Of a stretch of DNA of 64,000 nt, positions 57,867 through 64,000 are shown one piece after another. Made by a program: the position numbers and the translations under genes. Every line of letters begins with the position of its first letter. Position 1 is the first letter of the stretch. The notes below the pieces were generated by a model, which was not told the DNA's origin, did not search any database, and saw only the letters and a program-made list of their open reading frames with translations. This stretch comes from Deltaproteobacteria bacterium (GTDB taxonomy: Bacteria; Desulfobacterota; GWC2-55-46), in NCBI GenBank assembly GCA_016177845.1, contig JACOUO010000030.1, positions 37,649 through 101,648 on the forward strand. The letters run 5' to 3'.

Positions 57867-57915
57867 AATCCTGAGTTGAAGAGGTTTAAAAATATCTCAA
57901 TACAAGGAGGGTTTT

Positions 57916-57999
57916 ATGCAAAAGGTACTCGGGGTTATTGCGGATGTCATTACGGTATCAGTATTTATAAAAGTACTCGTGACAGCCGCAGGAATCTAA
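57916..57999 (+). CDS. 27-aa hydrophobic peptide (not in ORF track)
   Basis: MQKVLGVIADVITVSVFIKVLVTAAGI; AAGGAGG RBS. Confidence 0.6.
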   Translation: MQKVLGVIADVITVSVFIKVLVTAAGI

Positions 58000-58114
58000 A
58001 CAGTCAAAAATAGGTCAATACAACTTAATACTTATTCCCCATATCTCAGGGCTCTTTTTTAGGAAGAGATTGGTTTACCATTGAACTTATACAGGATGGA
58101 AAGGAGGGCAGCGT

Positions 58115-58249
58115 ATGAATACAGTTGCAATCTTTTTTGCGCTTATGACGGCAGTCGGGTTTATAGGTGCTTATCTTGTCCGAAGGCATGAACGCAAGGT
58201 CCGAGTTGAAAGGGCGGCACAGGCCGAAAGGCACAGCCGTCATCTCTAA
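58115..58249 (+). CDS. 44-aa single-TM peptide with charged tail (not in ORF track)
   Basis: MNTVAIFFALMTAVGFIGAYLVRRHERKVRVERAAQAERHSRHL; AAGGAGG RBS. Confidence 0.65.
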   Translation: MNTVAIFFALMTAVGFIGAYLVRRHERKVRVERAAQAERHSRHL

Positions 58250-58482
58250 ACCTTCACATGTTTACTCCTCTTTAAAACATAAGGGCCTTCGGGTGCCATT
58301 AAAGCACCTGAAGGCCTCCTCGTTTTTTTGGCAGGCTTCAAAGCTACATTCAAACAACATGGCCTTATCGCCCAACATTCTCCTAAAACAAACGCCTTTG
58401 ATGTCCTTTTCTCCAGAAACCTCTTAACAGCGGATTCCGGGATAAGGACCGGTTTTCCCCTTATAGTCGTAATAAGCCTCAT
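58246..58482 (-). CDS. Hypothetical protein
   Basis: 78-aa ORF with an ATGA overlap to the upstream ORF; no family recognised. Confidence 0.35.
   Translation of the reverse strand: MRLITTIRGKPVLIPESAVKRFLEKRTSKAFVLGECWAIRPCCLNVALKPAKKTRRPSGALMAPEGPYVLKRSKHVKV
58284..58329 (+). terminator. Intrinsic terminator after the 44-aa ORF
   Basis: 13-bp stem GGCCTTCGGGTGC/GCACCTGAAGGCC (one G-U pair) followed by T7. Confidence 0.6.
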
Positions 58483-58667
58483 ACTGACCTAATGGCGGGA
58501 CAAAGTACGGGGTCAGAGCCTTTACGCAGGCGCTCGCGCTTGAGCACCATGGACACAGAATATGCAACGTATGTCAATGGGCAATGAATTTTTACCCCTT
58601 TGGGGCTTTGAAAATTTACCCCCTGTGCCGGTTTAGTTTTCTTCCTCTTGGTTTCTGATGAGCCCAA
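58479..58667 (-). CDS. Hypothetical protein
   Basis: 62-aa basic ORF, TTG start, AAGGT upstream; no family recognised. Confidence 0.3.
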   Translation of the reverse strand: MGSSETKRKKTKPAQGVNFQSPKGVKIHCPLTYVAYSVSMVLKRERLRKGSDPVLCPAIRSV

Positions 58668-58766
58668 CTTTTACCTTTTCCTTGAGCCCAATTTAAAACG
58701 GAATATCTTCTATATTATTATTGTGTATCCGTCAATCAGGTTTGTATCAAGGTCTGCGGCGGCCTT

Positions 58767-59015
58767 TTGAAGTATTGCGTCTTTAATATTCAGGTTCCGA
58801 CCATCTTGATGGTGAATAAGGAAAATGGCAGTTACTTTCCAGTATCCACGGGTGTAGTGGCGTTAGATGATTTAGAACTCAGAATCTATAGGAGCGTGCG
58901 TCTACTTAAAGGGGAGATTCAACCTAAGGACTGGTCTGATTACGAGTTCCAAAATGGCGGAATCTTCGATACCCAGACTAGACCAAATATGCCTCAAATA
59001 GAAAGCTACCAGTAA
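58767..59015 (+). CDS. Hypothetical protein
   Basis: Open frame directly upstream of traH; start uncertain. Confidence 0.35.
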   Translation: MKYCVFNIQVPTILMVNKENGSYFPVSTGVVALDDLELRIYRSVRLLKGEIQPKDWSDYEFQNGGIFDTQTRPNMPQIESYQ

Positions 59016-59056
59016 AATCCAAAGGTCAATTTTAACCTTTATCAAAAGGACCTGAT

Positions 59057-60421
59057 ATGAACCGTAAAATCATTCTTTTATTTATTACCCTTCTGTTCTG
59101 CGTAAATACAGCTCATGCCGGCTGGGTTGACGACTGGTTCAACCAAAAAACAGAGACGGCACCAGGGTATCTTGAGGGCCAGAAAAGAGGGTATGTGACT
59201 GGAGGCTCTTTTTCCGCCAGAGTACAGAGCCACAATGACTACCTTGCAACCTTTCAGGCCCCTTCATTTAAAGGGGGGTGCGGCGGTATAGACGCATTCA
59301 TGGGAGGTTTTTCATTTTTAAATACGGACAGACTTGTCAATAAGGCCGAGGCCATGATAGCAAGCGCCCCTGCTATCGCATTCGACTTAGCCTTAAACTC
59401 ATTATCCCAGACACTGTCAATAAGCTCTAAAGATTTTAATACTATATCGGACACCTTAAATAAGCTTCAGCTGGATGACTGCAAGATGTCAAAGGCCGTT
59501 ATTACAAGAACTCTGGATTATACTGCTGGCACTCATGTAGCTCAGCAGAATGATGAAATAGATAAATTTGTCGGCATGTGGAGAGGGACAACAGACTTGG
59601 CGCAAAACATCACGGATAATCACAAAAACAACACAGCTTCTTCCAATTGGTCCGAAGCCCATTCTGCCTGTCCTGCGGAGCTTCAAAATATAGTAGGCTA
59701 TAATTCAGTACTAGAATATGTGGTAGCGCTTAACGGGATTGGAGGGTCAGATACCACTCAGCTACTACGCGGCTATATCGGAGATATTAGATTGAACTTT
59801 AGCGGGACTACCTTAAAGGCCGCTTATGAGTCTTCTTGTGCTGAAAATCTTGATTATAAGGCTATCTTAGAGGGGACTGCTTACGGTAAAGTCATGGGTG
59901 GGGGATGCGCTCAATTAGGCCCAAATACCATCAAGACTACAGTTTACAATAATATAACAGATGCCATGAACTCCATGAAAACCGGTACTCCTTCTAATCC
60001 GGCCACTACCGCTTTTTTAAATTCTATGTCAACCATCCCTTTGTATCACTATCTTCAATATATGATAGTGACAAACCAGTTTGATGCCGGTAGAAATGTG
60101 GCAACAGATTTTGTGTCCGAGGCATATGTATACAATGTATTCCAAGCCTTGATGGATACATCCTTGAGCCTGCAGAAAAATTTAAAGAAGCTTGTTAGCA
60201 GCGCTGATTCCCAAGCGCAATGCCAATTACAGGAGTTCGACGGGCTTATTGAATCACTTAATGTTTTAAATCAATTCGCACGGATTTACAAGGAAGATGC
60301 TGACAAGCAGTATAGCAGGGCAACCAGTGCGTTTATGCAGACTTTTGAGATGTCGGATAAGGTGTTGACCTTCAAAAAAATGGCCACAGACAACTTAAAG
60401 AAACTAACTTACAGTAAATAG
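59057..60421 (+). CDS. traH: F-type conjugative pilus assembly protein TraH
   Basis: Signal peptide; AGWVDDWF...GGSFSAR...PSFKGGCGGIDAFMGGFSF.N; followed by traG. Confidence 0.85.
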   Translation: MNRKIILLFITLLFCVNTAHAGWVDDWFNQKTETAPGYLEGQKRGYVTGGSFSARVQSHNDYLATFQAPSFKGGCGGIDAFMGGFSFLNTDRLVNKAEAMIASAPAIAFDLALNSLSQTLSISSKDFNTISDTLNKLQLDDCKMSKAVITRTLDYTAGTHVAQQNDEIDKFVGMWRGTTDLAQNITDNHKNNTASSNWSEAHSACPAELQNIVGYNSVLEYVVALNGIGGSDTTQLLRGYIGDIRLNFSGTTLKAAYESSCAENLDYKAILEGTAYGKVMGGGCAQLGPNTIKTTVYNNITDAMNSMKTGTPSNPATTAFLNSMSTIPLYHYLQYMIVTNQFDAGRNVATDFVSEAYVYNVFQALMDTSLSLQKNLKKLVSSADSQAQCQLQEFDGLIESLNVLNQFARIYKEDADKQYSRATSAFMQTFEMSDKVLTFKKMATDNLKKLTYSK

Positions 60422-60426
60422 GATTT

Positions 60427-63400
60427 ATGTATACTACTGAATATATAACGCATTCCGGCTTCGATATACTGAAAAACTCTCTCCAGGGGACAGCCCTTCT
60501 TTTCGGGGATAGTTCCCTGGATACGCTCTATACGGCTATCCTTATGTTGGGGGTTGTGCTGGTAGCTGTGGCGATTTCAATCAAAGTAGTATTCGACAGC
60601 AAGACCCATCCCTTGGAATGGGTTAAGCCTGCTGGTCTGGCGGTGATGCTCTATCTTTTACTGGTAGTGCCAAAAGGAACCATCAATCTCTATGACGATG
60701 TAGAAAATAAATCCATATCGATAGGCGGCCTTCCAGTGGGCCTTGTACTGATGGCAGGGCTGACAAACAACATAGAGACCGAAATCAATGACAGGATAAC
60801 CCTTGCCATGTCCCCCATTATTTCTATATCTGACATAGGGTACGGTAGGACTTTTGACCTCTATAAAAATTTGTTTAATTCGGTAGACAAGACCGACTCT
60901 ATAAGCCCTTACCATCGGATGACTGTAAAAAACTACATGAACGACTGCGTCCTGTGGGGAGTCTCATTGGGGGATATCTCGGTGGAGGATGTACAAGGCA
61001 ACGATAACTGGACCGCAATTATGAATGCGGCCTCAACTTACAGTTCGACATATACTACCTATCATGACGCAACTTCGGCTGCTAATATGGCGGGTGTAAC
61101 CAAAACCTGTACGGAGGCATGGGCTTCTATACAGGCGCAGCTATGGCCGGATGCAGCAGCCCATTGGGAGAGGGCTCTCAAAGACTATTGCTCCTCGACT
61201 GGCTTTAACTCTGCCGACCCAGCTTCATATCTTGAATGCAAGAACAAGATGGAGTCTTTTACCAAGTACATAACAAAGACCGCCGTTGATATTCCGGCTA
61301 CAGCCCTTTTAAAGCAGGCCTGGGTTTCCAATGTGATAGCCCATACTCTAAGCGAAGGGCAGTCCGTGGACGCAGCCCAGATGCAGGGGCTTCTCCAGAC
61401 CAATACCACCTTAGTCTCAAGCGGGCTGATGGCCACTGAATATATCTATATAATCAAGGCCGTCACTACAGGTATTGTATTCGGCTCTACAATAATTATG
61501 GCGCTTCTCATCTGCACCCCTTTTGCCAAGACAGCCGCGCAGTACTGGTTGGGCATGTATCTGTGGCTTCTGATGTGGGGAGTCATGGATGCGCTATTGC
61601 AGACCACCGCGATAAATTACGCCTACCAGTTTATGCAATCCAACAGGGAGTCCCTTGGCTTGGGTCTGGCGGGCATGAGCGTCTTAGGAGATAATGCCAC
61701 CAAAGCCATTGCCCTGATGGGGCATATGCGTTGGATGGGTATGATGCTTAGCGCCTCTCTTACATTCGGCGTGTTTAAGTTCGGAGGGGACGCATTCACC
61801 TCGTTTGCCGGAAGTCTTGGAAGCGTTCCCCAGGGGGCAGGTGGAGGCGCCGGCAAGGTAATGACCCCTGAAGGGGCGACATCTGCCATAAACGAACACG
61901 CCAAGAGTGTAGCCCCTACGATGGCCGTTACTAGCCGTTATGGAGTAGAAGGCATGTCCAGCGCTAATACATACGAAGCAATGAGACAGCATTCGGCAAA
62001 TAGCGCATTAGGGAGCAGTGACACAGCCAGTGAAGCTGGCCGTATACAAGGCCTCAATACTGTGGGGAACACAGTCGGTGCTGCCGGCTATTCGACACAT
62101 CAAGAAGGTAATAAGCAAATATATGGCAAGGTCAATGCTGATGGTTCAACAACCACGGGTGAAATAGACCGGTTAACAGGCGCTGGTACGGAAACAACAA
62201 CCGGCATGAAAGATGGATTGTCCTTTACCAAAACAGAAGCTGTGCAGTCTTCTAAATTTGGGGCGAATGCAAGCGCAGAAGACATACTTGACAGTAAGCA
62301 GAGTAAAGGTGGCACCTATCATGCTACAGGTACACAGAGTATGGATCTGGACGGCAAAGGGAGTAAGCCTTATCAGGTGTCGCAGGACGGCATGGTCGGG
62401 GCTGACGGCTCAACAACACCGACTACTACAAATGTCGCATCTACAGACGGGTCTAATTTCAGGGCCTCTTTAGACAGTAAGGGCAATATAGTATCTTCCA
62501 GTGACGATCAGAGGAACACTATCAGCGTCGCAGGCGGAAGCATTGTTATGGATAAAGACGGCCATGTAAGGGACGCTAACTTAAAGGGTATAAGCACCCA
62601 GTTCTCAAACAAGATAGGGACAGCCTTTACTAAGTCTGACGCCAATTCAATAGCCAAGTCAGTAGGTTGGCAGCAAATCCTGAGTAACGATACCAACGCC
62701 AGCTGGAATAAAGGGGTTGATAAAAGACATACGGATTCATTGTCTTCTACTACAAGACAGATGATGTCGGAAGGCATAACCACTAACAACTCTCTTAGCA
62801 ACGCAAGATCGAAAGAGACGGGGCAGACCCTTGCTGGGGCTATCAGTGCAGGTGTTGGCACTCCCAGTATCAGTCCTATAAAAGTAAACGGAGAGACGCG
62901 GTATCAGGTAGAAACAAAAACTAAAGACGGAACAACGCAGACATTTGAGCTCAGCGCACAGCAGAAGGAGGCCTATGACAAGATTACTGAATCTGCAGTG
63001 ACCAATGCAATAACAAAGTCTGCCTCAACCTCCGAAGGCAGGGCCAATACCTTAAGGATCGCGGAGAATGTGAATGCCACTCAAGCCAGTCAATCCCTCT
63101 CTCAGATAAGAAGGGAAGAGGCTGCTGCGGCCCAGATAACCAACAATATGGATGCAGCCGCGTTTACCGCCTATGCCGATAGCAACTTCGGAGAGATTAA
63201 AAACGATAGGGAGCGGTATACGGCAGCACTTAATCATATTGCTGAGACTTATAGCTCAGGAGATATCGATAAAGTGAGTGAGCTGAATAAACAGTTGAGC
63301 GGGCCTGTCCATTCCATGAATGACGCAGCCACTCAAGGATTAGAGGAAAAAGCTGTAAATGCGGGCGTACAGCCAAGCGAAGTTACAGCAACAGAAGTAG

Positions 63401-63777
63401 AACAGCATGCGCAGGAGGTTCATAATAAGGCAAATGAAGGAGCTGAGAAGCTGGATAAAGTCCCGGACAAGCCAGGGGACCCGCGCCAACTACCAAATAC
63501 GCCTCGCCCCGATGAAGGAAAATTTGAGGAAAAAGAAAAGGAGCAGAAGAATAAAATCAATGGCACAGATATGCCTACTACACCGTTTCATACTGTTGTG
63601 GATGCCGTAAAAAATGCAGCAATTGCCGGCGGGACGCCCGATGACCCCGCTGCGGCTCTAAAGAAACAGGCTGGGGAACTCTTTAAATTTGGAGGAATAT
63701 CAAATCCCTCTCCGGATATATCTTTAGGCGAAAACCTAAAGAAAGAATTGCAGGAAAAATCAGGGGACAAGAGGTAG
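60427..63777 (+). CDS. traG: F-type mating-pair stabilisation protein TraG
   Basis: 1116 aa; TraG_N-like multi-TM N-terminal half (GLPVGLV, NYMNDCV, YLWLLMWG) and a long Ser/Thr/Gly-rich C-terminal region. Confidence 0.8.
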   Translation: MYTTEYITHSGFDILKNSLQGTALLFGDSSLDTLYTAILMLGVVLVAVAISIKVVFDSKTHPLEWVKPAGLAVMLYLLLVVPKGTINLYDDVENKSISIGGLPVGLVLMAGLTNNIETEINDRITLAMSPIISISDIGYGRTFDLYKNLFNSVDKTDSISPYHRMTVKNYMNDCVLWGVSLGDISVEDVQGNDNWTAIMNAASTYSSTYTTYHDATSAANMAGVTKTCTEAWASIQAQLWPDAAAHWERALKDYCSSTGFNSADPASYLECKNKMESFTKYITKTAVDIPATALLKQAWVSNVIAHTLSEGQSVDAAQMQGLLQTNTTLVSSGLMATEYIYIIKAVTTGIVFGSTIIMALLICTPFAKTAAQYWLGMYLWLLMWGVMDALLQTTAINYAYQFMQSNRESLGLGLAGMSVLGDNATKAIALMGHMRWMGMMLSASLTFGVFKFGGDAFTSFAGSLGSVPQGAGGGAGKVMTPEGATSAINEHAKSVAPTMAVTSRYGVEGMSSANTYEAMRQHSANSALGSSDTASEAGRIQGLNTVGNTVGAAGYSTHQEGNKQIYGKVNADGSTTTGEIDRLTGAGTETTTGMKDGLSFTKTEAVQSSKFGANASAEDILDSKQSKGGTYHATGTQSMDLDGKGSKPYQVSQDGMVGADGSTTPTTTNVASTDGSNFRASLDSKGNIVSSSDDQRNTISVAGGSIVMDKDGHVRDANLKGISTQFSNKIGTAFTKSDANSIAKSVGWQQILSNDTNASWNKGVDKRHTDSLSSTTRQMMSEGITTNNSLSNARSKETGQTLAGAISAGVGTPSISPIKVNGETRYQVETKTKDGTTQTFELSAQQKEAYDKITESAVTNAITKSASTSEGRANTLRIAENVNATQASQSLSQIRREEAAAAQITNNMDAAAFTAYADSNFGEIKNDRERYTAALNHIAETYSSGDIDKVSELNKQLSGPVHSMNDAATQGLEEKAVNAGVQPSEVTATEVEQHAQEVHNKANEGAEKLDKVPDKPGDPRQLPNTPRPDEGKFEEKEKEQKNKINGTDMPTTPFHTVVDAVKNAAIAGGTPDDPAAALKKQAGELFKFGGISNPSPDISLGENLKKELQEKSGDKR

Positions 63778-63783
63778 TTGTAT

Positions 63784-64000
63784 ATGGAATGGCCTTTAAA
63801 ACTTGTTAATTTTTCTGAAAGCGCTGTAATCATATACGGGAAGAAAATATCCGCGAATATGCAAATATTGACTATCGACAGGATAGAAGGCAACTTGGCT
63901 TTAGTGATAGGGGATACGATATGTATCCCCTTGAACCTCTTGGATCTGACTGATGCGGCAACTTACAGGTTGTTTCTGGCAGGCGGGGGTACTGATCCTG
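63784..64000 (+). CDS. Partial ORF downstream of traG
   Basis: Frame open from ATG 63784 to the window end (MEWPLKLVNFSESAVIIYG...); no family recognised. Confidence 0.4.
   Translation, partial: MEWPLKLVNFSESAVIIYGKKISANMQILTIDRIEGNLALVIGDTICIPLNLLDLTDAATYRLFLAGGGTDP

Larger units (their letters stand above)
49126..64000. mobile_element. Integrative (ICE/IME-like) element, right end outside window
   Basis: Tyrosine integrase beside a tRNA; HTH/xis, relaxase-like, TA, R-M and traH/traG cargo; heterogeneous base composition. Left boundary approximate. Confidence 0.85.

Noticed and set aside
58591-58691. Short repeats with 24-bp spacing (TTTACCCC x2, TGAGCCCAA x2) as possible oriT or iterons
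   Set aside because: Only two copies of each, partly inside an ORF, and no recognisable nic site.
1-64000. CRISPR arrays, rRNA genes, IS transposases, frameshifted pseudogenes, selenocysteine read-through
   Set aside because: None detected by eye; recognised genes appear full length with normal stops.
49126-64000. Prophage interpretation of the integrated element
   Set aside because: No capsid, terminase, tail or lysis genes in the window; the cargo is conjugation- and defence-type.

Overview
The window has two parts. Positions 1 to ~49,125 are chromosomal backbone of a bacterium whose gene order and protein style look deltaproteobacterial or Nitrospirota-like (inference only). On the minus strand lies prs-tRNA(Gln)-ispE. 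Upstream of it is a complete 14-subunit complex I operon (nuoA-N) with two extra genes: a stand-alone cyclic-nucleotide-binding protein between nuoG and nuoH, and a His-rich DUF1858-like protein after nuoN. Next come a nitrilase-family gene, an unannotated 34-aa histone-like ORF with its own promoter, RBS and terminator, gatCAB, and several housekeeping genes. A respiratory cluster follows: a CydA-like (cytochrome bd superfamily) subunit with no CydB, three c-type cytochromes (one with an EbdC-like heme-b domain) and a 37-aa membrane peptide. It converges on a USP/radical-SAM pair that share a PCP_red-like tail. A [NiFe]-hydrogenase maturation operon (protease-hypABFCDE) has no hydrogenase structural genes in the window. 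From ~49,126 to the end is an integrative element lying on the 5' side of tRNA-Pro(CGG). It carries a tyrosine integrase, an HTH/excisionase-like gene, a Replic_Relax-like gene, an XRE regulator, an MNT-HEPN pair, a type III R-M system, small hydrophobic peptide ORFs and F-type traH-traG, and it continues past the window end. All family calls are from motif recognition by eye; no database searches were run.
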